Part shown: positions 12,701-24,018 of the stretch, one piece after another | Numbering within the stretch: the stretch's first letter is position 1 | Layout: each line of letters begins with the position of its first letter | Source of the DNA: Azolla caroliniana | Taxonomy: Eukaryota; Plantae; Polypodiophyta | Length of the DNA: 64,000 nucleotides | Reading direction: 5' to 3' | Assembly: GCA_043228905.1 (NCBI GenBank) | Contig: JBHGNT010000002.1 | Coordinates: forward strand, 12,772,001 to 12,836,000 | Made by a program: the position numbers and the translations under genes | The notes under the pieces: model-generated | Told to the model about the DNA's origin: nothing | The model's database searches: none | Seen by the model: only the letters and a program-made list of their open reading frames with translations

Positions 12701-14188
12701 CTTCTCAAACTGCCCCCGGTATTCCCCTCCGTTATCCGCTCGTATCGCTTTCAGCTTCTTGCCGGATTCCCTTTCCACTCTCGCGTGGAGTTCTTTGAAG
12801 ACGCACAACACTTGGTCCTTTTTCTTCAACGGTGCCGTCCACAGCTTCCGGCTGTGGTCATCAATGAATGTCACGAAGTACTGGGCTCCGCCATGTGACT
12901 TCGTTTCTACTTGACACACGTCAGTGTGCACCAACTTCAATGGTGCGCTACGTCTGGTCGGTGGCCTTGAGTGGAAGGAGGTTCGGTTCTGCTTACCGGC
13001 CAGGCAATCGGTGCACTTCTCCAGGTGCACATGCTTCACCAAGTTCTCCCAGCTTTCCGGCAATGTACACATCAGCATGATGGCTTGCATTGCATCCTCC
13101 AACGGGAACTTGATCGCCGCAAGCTGGTTCACGAATCCCATGAACGTGCTTACGTGTTCCACCATACTCTCGCCGTCCCGGTACTTGAGGTTCACCATCT
13201 TCCTCATCAGGGAGGTCCGGTTCAACGCATTCTTCCTCTCGTAGAGGCCCGACAGCTTCTGCCACATCTCATATGCGTTGGTGTCGTTCGCCACATGTTG
13301 TAGAACGCTCAAGTCGACGTATTGCCGAATGGTTGCAACGGCTTTCCGGTTCAGAAGCCTCCATTCCGTCTCAAGTACCCCCTTGGGTATTTCCGACCTG
13401 TCGATCGGTTCATACAGGTCCCGAACAATGAGCAGATCCTCCATCTTTATCTTCCAGTCGGCGTAGTTCTGCGCATTCAGCACCATCATCCCCGGCTGCC
13501 CGCTATTGCCGCCTTCCATTTTTCTGCACTGCAGTCGCTCTGATACCAGATTGTTAGAAATTGACGCTTTTGAAAACCTTCACCTCTCGGCCACAACCGG
13601 GGAAACACGAATCAATGCAGCAGTAAATCGAAAACACAGAGTGAGACTCGAATGCACAGTGTTTAGCGTGGAAAACCCTAGACGGGAAAAACCACGGGAG
13701 TGCAAGACTCCAACTATCACTATACGCAGGGAATGTACAATGGCGAGCTGCAAGGCGACGACCTTGAGCTCGCTGTCCTCGCCACAGGCGGCGGTGTTAC
13801 ACAGAGGCGTCGACCTCTTCCTTTCTCTCTCTCTCTCACTCTCTCTCTCGGCTGCTCTCACTTCGCTCCCTCTAAGTGGAAAACAGAAAAATGAGCAACA
13901 ACAACAAAACTGTTTGCCCTAAGTCATATTTATACACATATGACTTTTGGGCTATTTACAAATATAGCCTCGAGGGCCCTTGGCAAACATATTCACAAAT
14001 ATGTCCCCGCATCCGGATCTCTCTCCGGGTACATTCGTCATCCGGCTCCGTAGCCGGGGTCTTCAACATCCGGATCCGAAACCGGGTCTTCATCATCCGG
14101 TTCCGATACCGGGTACTCCTCATTCGGGTCTTCATTCCCGATTCCCGGACATCTGACCATCCCATCCGGAGGGACCGTAATCCCAACA
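9726..14188 (-). mobile_element. Young Ty1/Copia element A with internal deletion
   Basis: 637-bp LTRs 9726-10362 and 13552-14188 differ at about 4 positions by eye. Perfect TSD TGTTG; Met PBS 13537-13548; PPT 10363-10376. Confidence 0.98.
10373..13519 (-). CDS. Uninterrupted 1048-aa Copia polyprotein: gag N-terminus fused in frame to integrase-RT-RNase H; lacks zinc knuckle and protease
   Basis: Single open frame with integrase DDE motifs, YVDD RT motif and RNase H. The junction SWENLV|KHVHLEKC lies at ~13038. Confidence 0.93.
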   Translation of the reverse strand: MEGGNSGQPGMMVLNAQNYADWKIKMEDLLIVRDLYEPIDRSEIPKGVLETEWRLLNRKAVATIRQYVDLSVLQHVANDTNAYEMWQKLSGLYERKNALNRTSLMRKMVNLKYRDGESMVEHVSTFMGFVNQLAAIKFPLEDAMQAIMLMCTLPESWENLVKHVHLEKCTDCLAGKQNRTSFHSRPPTRRSAPLKLVHTDVCQVETKSHGGAQYFVTFIDDHSRKLWTAPLKKKDQVLCVFKELHARVERESGKKLKAIRADNGGEYRGQFEKYCHSKGIRLEFIVPKTPELNGLAERMNRTIMERVRSMLAHAKLPKGFWAEAMSTATYVINRSPSVPLDGDTPQRVWIGREVSYRHLKVFGCLAYVHVAKDRRGKLDPKTRPCIFLGYGDDEFGYRVWDPVDKKIFRSRDIIFMEDKTLADWESEKKMKSPKSTGEDQLYEEQSRPARDRLALEDPAEDGEETEPAEEDETDTGTGPDPEMDSDEEETEEPFTEAPERRYPLRERRATRRFPEPEHVLLTDEGEPESFEEAKLDTHSRRWLSAMQEEMDSLHENHTYELVELPKGKRALRNKWVFKLKPGDAGNPPRYKARIVVKGFQQKKGVDFDEIFAPVVKMTSIRTVLSIAASMNLEVEQMDVKTAFLHGDLEEEIYMQQPEGFEKKGKEHLVCRLKKSLYGLKQAPRQWYRKFDSFMTDEGYHKTQSDHCVFVKKFEGGDILILLLYVDDMLIVGRDQVKIRMLKKALHRTFSMKDLGPARQILGMHIIRDRKKKQLWLSQEKYVTKVLHRFNMSEARPVGSTLPANCKLSSKQSPKTKAEKEDMMKVPYASAVGSLMYAMVCTRPDIGYAVGVVSRYMSNPGKEHWNAAKWILRYLKGTANVCLRFGSGKPELDGFTDSDMSADADTSRSTSGYVMTYAGGAVSWQSRLQKTVALSTTEAEYMAAVEAGKEIIWMKDFIRELGIWQEEYRLYCDSQSAIHLAKNAAYHSRMKHIQRRYHWIRERIEDQEFVLTKIHTDENGSDMLTKVLTPDKLETCRKRVGLERHPMPK

Positions 14189-17100
14189 TGTTGGACTCTT
14201 GTGCTTCATTTCATGTGACTCCACATAGAGAGTGGTTCACACGATACAAAGCTAAACCACTTGGTACAATATAACTTGGAGATTCACATCAGTGTGATGT
14301 GATTGGCATTGGAGATGTCATGGTACAGTTTTCTGATGGCTCGCAGTTCACATAAGTTTAAAGGGAACAAAGTTGGTTCACTTTATCCTTTAGTTGTCCA
14401 TCAAAAAGAGCATCTTTTGACAGTCACAAAACAACCTATGACTTGTATTTTGCATGGCCATTTAGGCCACATGTCTCATACTAGAATGGAAACTTTATCA
14501 CGTTTTGGCTATTTACCCATGCTATCATTTTCTAATTTTTTAGTTTGTGAGCATCGTTAATATGGTAAACAAACGAGAAGTGTACATCAGATTCGTTCTA
14601 ATTCTTCTATGCAACCCTTGGATCTAGTTCATATAGATGTATGTGGCCCTATGCCTACTAGATCATTGGGTGGAGCTTTGTATTTTGTTACATTTATCGA
14701 TGATTCCACAAGAAAGGTGTGGGTGTATCCCATAAAGGGAAAGGGTGATGTATACCCCATTTTTAGAAAATGGCTTGCCTCGGTTGAGATTGAAAAAGGT
14801 ATAAAGCTTAAGGCTTTACGTTCTGATAATGGAGGTGAGTATACCTCTCATGAGTTCAGAGATTTTTGGGAGTCTAAAAGCATACGTAGAGAGTTTATTG
14901 ACCCTTACCGTCCGACACAAAATGGTGTGGCAGAAAGGATGAATAGAACCATCTAGGACAGAGTTGCTTTTATGTTGCATCATGCAAATCTGTCACAAGG
15001 TTTTTGGGCTGAAGCAGTTCGGATTGCAGTCCATGTGATAAATCTATTACCTAGTACTACAAAAGGCTTGAAAGTGGCGCAAGAGTTGTGGTTAGGAAAA
15101 ACCCCAAACTATGATCATCTTAGGATATTTGGATGTGATGTGGATGTTCACGTTCCAAAATAGTTAAGGCAAAAACTAGATTTTAAGAGCAAAAAATGTA
15201 TTTTCCTTGACTATGGCGTAGATGGTCAATTTGCATATCGTTTGTGGGATCGTGAAATGTGCACTATAGTCAGAAGTAGTGATGTCATTTTCAATGAAAA
15301 GATTATGCATACGCAGCCAATTAAGGAAGTGGAACTGAGGAAAGTGGAGTTTCAAGATGTTACACCCTCTATTACCGTGCAAAAGAATAATTTCACACCT
15401 ATGCCGAACAATCCCACAAATGTTCACCCATATGAGGATGTTCAAAATGAGGATGCATGTGTACAACCTGAAAATAGTCCAACTCCGGTTCAGAAACCAG
15501 TGAGACAATCTACTCGTGTCTCTAGGCCACCTGCTAAGCTCACGGACTATGTGATCTTAACGGATGCAGGTGAACCTTCTTGCTATGAAGAAACTATGCT
15601 GGCTAGTGATCATGCTAAGTGGGAGCATGTCATGCAAAGTGAATTGGATAGTATTTATAAGAATGGTACTTGGGATTTAGTACCTTTGCCAAAAGGACAA
15701 GAAAGCATTACCATGCAAGTGGGTATACAAGTACAAGTATATGTCTGATAGTGTTTCCCCAAAGTATAAACCACGCTTGGTAGCCAAAGGTTTCAAGCAA
15801 GAACATGGAGTTGATTTTGATGAAACCTTCTCTCCTGTAGTTAAGATGACTACATTACGTATGTTGCTTTCATTGGTTGCAAATCAAGATTTGGAATTAG
15901 TCCAAATGGATGTGAAAACTGCCTTTTTACATGGGGACCTTGATGAGGATATTTATATGGAACAACCAGAAGGTCATGAAGTCTCGGGAAAAGAACATTT
16001 GGTATGTAAACTCAAGAAGAGTTTGTATGGGCTTAAGTAGTCCCCGAGATTGTGGTACCAAAAGTTTGATGCTTTTATGAAGACTCAAGGGTGCATTAGA
16101 AGCAATGAGGATCCTTGCCTTTATATGAAAAAATGTTAAGATGAGAGTTCCATTATGTTGATACTCTATGTTGATGATATGCTTATCGTTGGTAAAAACA
16201 AGGATGAGTTATCCTTGTTGAAGAAAAACTTGAGCCAGATTTTTGACATGAAGGATTTGGGAGGTGCAAAACATATCCTTGGTATGCGTATTACTCATGA
16301 TAGGAGTAAGTGATGCATTTACTTGTCTCAGGCTGAGTACATATCGAAAGTGCTCAATAGGTTTAATATGGAGAATGCAAAGCCGTTGAGCACTCCATTG
16401 CCTACATATGTAAAACTAAGCACATGTGATTGCCCTATGTCTGATGAGGACAAGGAATACATGTCCAAGGTTCCTTATCATAGTGGCACTAAGGATAAGT
16501 GCCTTTGTTTAGGTAAAGGGGATGCCTCTATCATTGGATACATAGATTCAGATTATGCCGGATGCATTGACAATAGGAAATCTACTTCAGGGTACATCTT
16601 TTAGATTATGGGAGGTGTCATTACTTGGAGATCTCATCTTCAAGAAGGTGTTTCCTTGTCAACTACCGAAGCAGAGTATGTTGCAGCTAGTGAGGCATGT
16701 AAGGAAGTAGTATGGCTTTCTCAACTAGCTTGCGACATGGGTATACCTCAGCATGTACCCAAACTGTTTTGTGATAGTTAGAGTGGCATTGCCTTGGCTA
16801 AGAATCTGGTATATCATGCGAAGACCAAACATATTGGAGTCCGATACCATTTCATTCGGGAATGCGTAGCTAATGGTTGCATTAGACTTGAGAAGGTTGT
16901 TTCTTGCGAAAATGTCGCAGATGCATTGACCAATGCCTTACCACAAGATGCGTTGGAGCATTGTTGTCACTTGATGGGAGTCACTTAGTGCCTTACATTA
17001 CACACTTGTTGTGTACATTGTGTAACATGCCCATCATGTGGGAGGTATAGGTCTAGATCTTGTACAACTGAACCTTCCATTATTCGTACTCCTAGTTTAG

Positions 17101-17354
17101 GCCTTATAGTGGGAGATTGTGATACATGTATCCCCCATACATGCTAAGTGTGAAAAGGCCAAAACTAGTCTTCCACTTGGTAGTGTGTGGGGAGAGAGTT
17201 TGGAGTGTATGTGAGTAAAACCCCTCCGAGACATAGTGTGTGAGGTAGAGTATACAACCAACGTTTTCTCTATTCCCCCCCCCTTTTCAGAAACAAAGTT
17301 TTTTCTTTATAGAACTATTTCTCTCTTGGCTCCCTATTCTTCCGTTTTACAACA

Positions 17355-17437
17355 TCTACCAGCTTGTAACTGGTGCCGAAGTGTAAAATCGTAGCGAACT
17401 CATGTGCAACAATCGGAATATTTGGGTAATCTGAGTA
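17355..17437 (-). pseudogene. Family K ORF remnant between element B and the TIR transposon
   Basis: Translates to DYPNIPIVAHEFATILHFGTSYKLVE, homologous to FSDIPTTAHELAAILQFGTSYELVE at ~1147-1222. Confidence 0.75.
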
Positions 17438-17824
17438 GGGTAAAAGCATGCGAGTGGAAACACTATTATAGCTAATTAGCTAAAATGGCCACAACTAATT
17501 AGCTATTTATTTAGCTAGTTTTTTGAGGGAAAATCATAAGGATGATTTATAGAATTTAATGTTTTATTAGTTAAATACATGTCATTTAATTTATGAGAAT
17601 ACTCAAATATTTGAACATTTGGTTTTTGACATAGTGGAACATGGGGAATAGTGCCATCATTTAAGGTCGACTTGAATGTCATCAAATTCCTGATAATCCT
17701 GAGTTCGAGTTCGAACTCCAAACAGATGGAGTTGTTAGGAATAGTACTGAGATAGAGAAGAAATTAGTATTAAGAGAGGAATATTAGTACTAAGAGGAAT
17801 AGAAGGTGTAGAAAACTCAAGAGA

Positions 17825-17827
<3 letters not shown>

Positions 17828-17871
<44 letters not shown>
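17828..17871. repeat. (GA)n microsatellite inside the LTR of E
   Basis: Directly visible run. Confidence 0.95.
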
Positions 17872-17876
<5 letters not shown>

Positions 17877-18253
17877 TGATGACAACAATATATTATGTGA
17901 GAAGAATATACAAGGAAGGCTAGGAGGCTTAAGACTGACGTTGAACCGATTTGGTTCGAAATAATGCCTTGTGCCTCCTTTTATAGTGTTCTTAAGAGTA
18001 GTCCTGAAGCTTCTAGAATGTTCTAGAGAAATCTGGAATATACATTAATTTTTTATAGTAAAACTTAAATAAAAATAATATCCTACATATTACAATAGAT
18101 AGTGTAATGGTCAAGAGCTCGACCTATGTAACATAAGGTCATGGGTTCGAGTGTTGCCATATCATGACACTATCCCCCCTTTAAAACGACGAGTGTCATG
18201 AGTCGTTTTGGATTGAGGACCTGGTTTATCTGGATATTGACGATGTAAGTCTT

Positions 18254-21200
18254 TGTTAGGAAACAGGTCCCTCCGGATGGGAAGTGAGAAGACCCGGTGA
18301 GAACCGGATGTGGAGTACCCGGCAAGGAAGACCCGGTGAGAACCGGATGTGGAGTACCCGGCAATGTAAGACCCAGTGAGAACCGGATGATGAGTACCCG
18401 GCAAGGAAGGCCCAGTGAGAACCAGATGACGAGTACCCGGCAAGAGCCGGATGGTGAAGGCCCGGTGAGAAGTGCTCACCGGATGAAGGGACATATTCGT
18501 AAATATGTTTTCTGAGAGTCCATCAGGGCTATATTTGTAAATAGCCGAAAAGTCATATTACTATAAATATGACTTAGGGCAAACTCAGTAATTAGAGTAG
18601 TTGTCATTCTTGTTGGTGCAAGATTTGAGTGCGTAACTGTGTACAGAGAGAGAGAGAGAGAAAGGAAGAGGTCGTTGCCTCTGTTGTAACCGCCGCCTGT
18701 GGCGAAGATAGCAAGCTCGAGGTCGTTGCCTCGGTGCTTTACTATTGTACATTGTGATATAGTGATAGTTTGGAGTCTGTGGGCTGCCGTGGTTTTTCCC
18801 TAGTTTGGGGTTTTCCACGTTAACATCCTGTGTACTCTTCTCTTCACTGTGTCGTGTGTTCATTACCTGTTTTCTGTGTTTGATTCTAGGCTCGGTTGTG
18901 GCCGAGCGTTGTTTATCGGGAGAGTGTATTCCTGTCAAAGTGGTATCAGAGAAAAATGACACAGAAAATGGACGAATCGTTGGGAGGCATGTTCAAGCTC
19001 ACCGGCTCCAACTATTTTGTGTGGAAGTCGAAGATGAGGGACATGCTTGTGGTTAAAGATCTTTGACTGCCGGTTTAGTTCGGGGACAAGAGACCGGACA
19101 AAATCGATGCCACGATATGGGAGGTGATGCACATGAAGACAACGGCATGCATACGGTGCTTCATCGACATGAGTCTATACAACAACTTCAATGAAAAGAG
19201 CAAGGCTCATGGGCTCTGGGAGAAGATCGACATTATGTTTCAGAACAAAAATGTTGTTAATCAAGTTTCGGTATTTCGGAAGCTAGTAAGACTCTAGTAC
19301 CAAGATGGCTCTAGCATGGCGGATCACATGAATGCCTTCCAAGGGCTGATCCACCAGGCAACATCATTGGAAGTACCTCTCGCCGATAAGGTACTAGCAC
19401 TGCTCCTGCTCGGTTCCCTCCCAGATAGCTGGGAGACGTTGGTTGTCACTCTGGGCAACGCCGGGCCGGAAGGGAAACGGTTATCCCTGGCAAGAGTGAA
19501 GTCGAGCTTGCTAGATGAGGAGGCGCGTCGGAAAGACAAGGATACGAATTTCGACTCCAAAGCACTCATTACCGAATCGGAACGCACAAGACAAAGGAAC
19601 CGTAGTCCCCAGAACCAGGAGAAGTCGGGGACACAGTCAAAGTCAAGGGGGAGGCCTACCTGCTTCTATTGCGGCAAGCCGGGACACTTCCAGAAGAACT
19701 ATCGGCACTTCCGAAAAGACAAGGAAACTGACGGTACCGATTCAAAGCAGACACCGAACCGGAACGGTAAAGACCGGAGGGGAACGAACCGGAAGGGAAC
19801 GACAGCAATCGCGGCAAGTGAAGAAGAGTATATGCTCATCACCGAGGAGAGTGAGCTAAACCTTGCCGGCGATGAGATGACCTTGGTGGTCGACTCCGGA
19901 GCGTCGTTCCACCTTACCCCGGACCGGAAATGCTTCTCATCCTACTCAGCCGGTGATCACGGCTGTGTCCGGATGGGTAATGAAGGTACATGCCGAATTG
20001 TCGGCATAGGAGACGTGTGGTGGACAACACCAACCGGATGCAAGCTGCTGCTGAAGGATGTCCGACACATTCCGGAGGTTTGTCTGAACCTGATATCAGC
20101 CGGTTGGCTAGATGATGAAGGCTACATGGGTAGCATCCGGAACGGTGTTATGAAGTTTAGCAAAGGGAGCCTAATTGTGGCTCGGGCCTGGAAGGTAAAC
20201 ACGTTGTACCTGATGAATGCCCGGTTATGCCCGGAAGAAGTGAACATGGCTTTCGACACTACCGGTGAGCTGTGGCACAAGAGGCTGTGTCACATGAGTG
20301 AGAAGGGGATGAAGAGGCTTGTAGACGACAACCTCATTCCAGTGAAGAACGTGCACTTGGAGAAGTGCACTGATTGTTTGGCCGGTAAACAAAACCGGAC
20401 CTCCTTTCGATCGAGGCCACCGATGAGATGTAATGTACCATTGGAGTTGGTGCATACTGATGTATGTCAAGTGGACACGAAGTCACATGCCGTATCGCAG
20501 TACTTTGTGACGTTCATAGATGACCACAGCCAGAAGCTGTGGGCCACACCGTTGAAGACGAAGGATCAGGTGCTATCCGTCTTCAAAGAGCTCCATGTGA
20601 GAGTGGAAAGAGAAACCGACCGGAAGCTGAAGGCGGTTTGAGCAGATAACGGAGGTGAATACCGGGGGCAGTTCAAGGAGTATTATCGCTCGAAGGGAAT
20701 CCGGCTCGAATTTACCGTGCCGAAGATGCCGGAACTAAACAGGCTGGCCGAGAGGATGAACCGGACCATAATGGAAAGGGTCCGGAGTATGCTGGCGCAT
20801 GCAAAATTACCCAAGACGTTTTGGGCTAAGGCGCTGTCGACAACGACGTATGTGATAAACAGATCACCCTCAGTGCCCTTGGATGGAGACACACTGCAGA
20901 AGGTGTGGATCGGTACGGAAGTGTCCTACCAGCATCTGAAGGTGTTCGGGTGTCTCGCGTACGTGCATGTTGCTAGGGACCGGAGAGGAAAGTTGGATCC
21001 AAAGACCCGGCCATGCATATTCCTCGGATACGGCAATGATGAGTTCGGCTACCGAGTGTGGGATCCGGTTGACAAGAAGGCTTTCCAGAGTTGAGATATT
21101 ATCTTCATGGAGGACAAGACTCTTGCTAACTGGGAGTTGGAGAAGAAGATAATGAACTCCAATGAGATTCGGACACACCCGGCTAAGAGCCGGTTGACAC

Positions 21201-22274
21201 TCGAGGAACCAGCCAGTTACGGTGAGGATACCGAACCGGCAGAAGAAGAAGTAGAGGAAGCTGAAATTGGAACCGGCCAAGACCCCGAATCGGATTCGGA
21301 TGAAGAAAAAATAGTGGAGCCGGTTGCCAAAGGCCAAAGACGAAGATATCCTCTCAGAGAGAGAAGGCCCCCCCGGAGATTTCCGGATGTAGAGCATGTG
21401 CTGTTGACCGATGAGGGAGAGTTGGAAAGCTTCGAAGAAGCGAAGGATGACACCCACAACCGAAAATGGTTAAGTGCCATGCAGGATGAGATGGATTCCC
21501 TGCATGAGAACCATATGTACTAATTGGTGGAGTTGCCGAAAGGAAAGCGGGCATTCCGAAACAAGTGGGTGTACAAGTTGAAACCGGGAGATCCCGACAA
21601 CCCCCCGAGATACAAAACCAGGATCGTGGTGAAGGGGTTCCAGTAGAAGAAGGGCGTGGACTTCGACGAGATATTTGCCCCGGTAGTAAAGATGACCTCC
21701 ATCCGGATGGTGCTGAGTATAGGGGCAAGCATGGACCTCGAGGTAGAGCAGCTCGACGTGAAGACGACATTCCTTCACGGTGACCTCGAAGAGGAGATCT
21801 ACATGCAGCAACCGGAAGGATTCGTGGAGAAAGGGAAGGAGCACCTGGTTTGCTGGTTGAAGAAGAGCCTGTATGGACTGAAGTAGGCTCCCCGACAATG
21901 GTACCAGAAGTTCGACTCCTTCATGACTGATCAAGGGTACCATAAGACGCAAGCCGATCACTGTGTGTTTGTGAAGAAGTTCGAAGGAGGCGACTTCATG
22001 ATACTCCTTCTGTACGTGGATGACATGTTGATCGTCGGACGGGACCAAGCCAGAATACGGATGCTGAAGAAGGCTTTACTATTGTACATTGTGATATAGT
22101 GATAGTTTGGAGTCTGTGGGCTGCCGTGTTTTTTCCCTAGTTTGGGGTTTTCCACGTTAACATCCTGTGTACTCTTCTCTTCACCGTGTCGTGCGTTCAT
22201 TACCCGTTTTCTGTGTTTGATTCTAGGCTCGTTTGTGGCCGAGCGTTGTTCATCGGGAGCGTGTATTCCTATCA
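18254..22274 (+). mobile_element. Ty1/Copia element D with deletion from mid-RT into the 3' LTR
   Basis: 5' LTR 18254-18937; PBS TGGTATCAGAG 18941-18951; partial 3' LTR ~22073-22274; perfect TSD GTCTT. Degenerate gag-PR-IN-RT spans 18968-22075. Confidence 0.95.
18288..18470 (+). repeat. 39-bp tandem repeat (about 5 copies) in U3 of the D LTR
   Basis: Unit approximately GAAGACCCGGTGAGAACCGGATGTGGAGTACCCGGCAAG. Confidence 0.9.
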
Positions 22275-24018
22275 GTCTTCAAGAAGAGCACGAGCATTGG
22301 TCACATTCTCTATTGGTTCCCAAGTACGCTCCCTAGGACTATATCCTAACCAAACAACTAAATAGTAGAGCTTGTTGCGAACAATCTTGGAATCGAGGAT
22401 GGCGGCAACCTCGTACTCAGGTCCATCTTCAAGTTCGATCGGGGGTGGAGGTTGTGGAATACGTCCTGGGCTGGTGCTGTCTTGATAGGGTTCGAGGAGA
22501 GAACTATGAAACACCGGATGTATGCGAAGTTGTGGGGGTAGATCGAGACAAAAAGCGACATCATTAATCTTTCCGATAATACGGAAAGGACCTAATCGCC
22601 GATAATCCAACTTCTCGCATGGGCGAGTAGTCTTGATGTATCGTCATAGTAGCCATACCTGATCTCCAATGTTAAAACTGGATGGAAGGCGATGACAATC
22701 CGCGTAAACCTTGTGTGTTTGTTGAGCTTGTTGTAGATGAGTAGATAAATCTACTTGTATCTTGCATAACCGCTCCAAACGATCCTCTGCGCAAGGATTT
22801 GTGGGTAACTCTGGGGTTTCAAATACACACCACCGAGGGTGACAAACCATATAAGCATAAAATGGCGTAACTTTAGTCGATAAGTGGACAGAGTTATTAT
22901 CCCCCAGTCATCCTGATGATAGCTTAGAAACCCCCAAAGATACTGCTCCAGCGTTTGATTTGTTCGTTCTGCTTGACCATCGGTTTGTGGCTGGTAGCCG
23001 GAGGAGAGGTTACAAGTGACCTTGAGCATTTTACAAAGGTGCTTCTAGAATTTCGAGACGAACTAGGGTCCATGGTCACTGATGGTATTATCAGGAAGGC
23101 CATGATGCCAACATACTTCATGCATGACAATTTCGGCGGTTTCTTCACTGGACATTTCCTTAGTACATGGCAGGAAATGAGTCATCTTCGTATATCGATC
23201 TACTACTATTAAAATCTCATTGAATCCCTTAGAGATTGGAAGATCTGTGATGAAATCTAGAGCAATGGATGGCCATGGATTGCTTGGAGTTGGTAATGGT
23301 TCTAATAAACCATATGGATGATGCCTTGGCATTTTTGCTCTGCAACATGTATCATAAGTCTGAACAAAATCTTCGACAAATTGTCACATACAGGGCCACC
23401 AGAATGATTGTTGTACTAAATCTAATGTCTTAGTACTACCAAAATGCCCTGTTGTATATGTGTCATCACAGTTTTGGACTACTCGAAGGCGGCAAGAACC
23501 ATTAGGAACATACAAGAGTTCCTTAAAGAATAGTAATCCATCATGACATTCGAATTGTCGATAATCTGTACCTGGTTGTTCTGACTGTGTACAAGATGCT
23601 CGAGAGGGATCAATTTGTGCTAGAATGGCTTGGGTGAAAGCATCTGTCTTCAAGTTGCTTATATCGATAACGTGGGAATCCAAGGGCATGCCAAAGACCT
23701 GTGTTGCTTGTAGTCGTGCCGGTCCCAAGATTACTTGCTTTTGGTTATCGAAAGTTGGCTCGCCGAGACGCGGTGCTAGATAAGAACGCCGTGATAATGC
23801 ATCTGCCTTCCCTTGGTGCTTCCCCGAACGATATGTAATTTTGAAGTCGAAACGCGTGAGGAATTGGGCCCATCAAGCTTGACATCGATTTAACACACGA
23901 GCACTCGGAAAGTAGGCAAGGTTTTTGTGATCACTGAATACGGTGACTTGATGAGAGGATCCCTCTAGAAAATGCCTTCATTGCGTAAAAGAGTCCTCTA
24001 TTGCTAATAGCTCCTTAT

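Larger units (their letters stand above)
8694..16988 (+). pseudogene. gag-pol polyprotein pseudogene of Copia B (split by element A)
   Basis: ORF fragments include KFDGSNFALWK, WLL|DSCASFH, LVHIDVCGPM, QMDVKTAFLHGDL and HAKTKHIGVRYHFIRE. Confidence 0.9.
7860..17354 (+). mobile_element. Ty1/Copia element B, full structure but degenerate; interrupted by element A
   Basis: LTRs 7860-8111 and 17118-17354; Met PBS TGGTATCAGAGC 8113-8124; PPT ~17107-17117. Gag (CHYCHKKGHIKKD), PR, IN, RT and RH motifs are present with many stops. The TSD is degenerate (TGAAC/TCTAC). Confidence 0.93.

Noticed and set aside
10478-13543. Many plus-strand ORFs opposite the A polyprotein
   Set aside because: These are shadow frames of a GC-rich coding sequence with no recognisable motifs.
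7855-17359. Element B as a recombinant because its flanks differ (TGAAC/TCTAC)
   Set aside because: Treating the flanks as a mutated 5-bp TSD restores the host frame (LVECL, homologous to LVEWL), so a simple old insertion is more likely.
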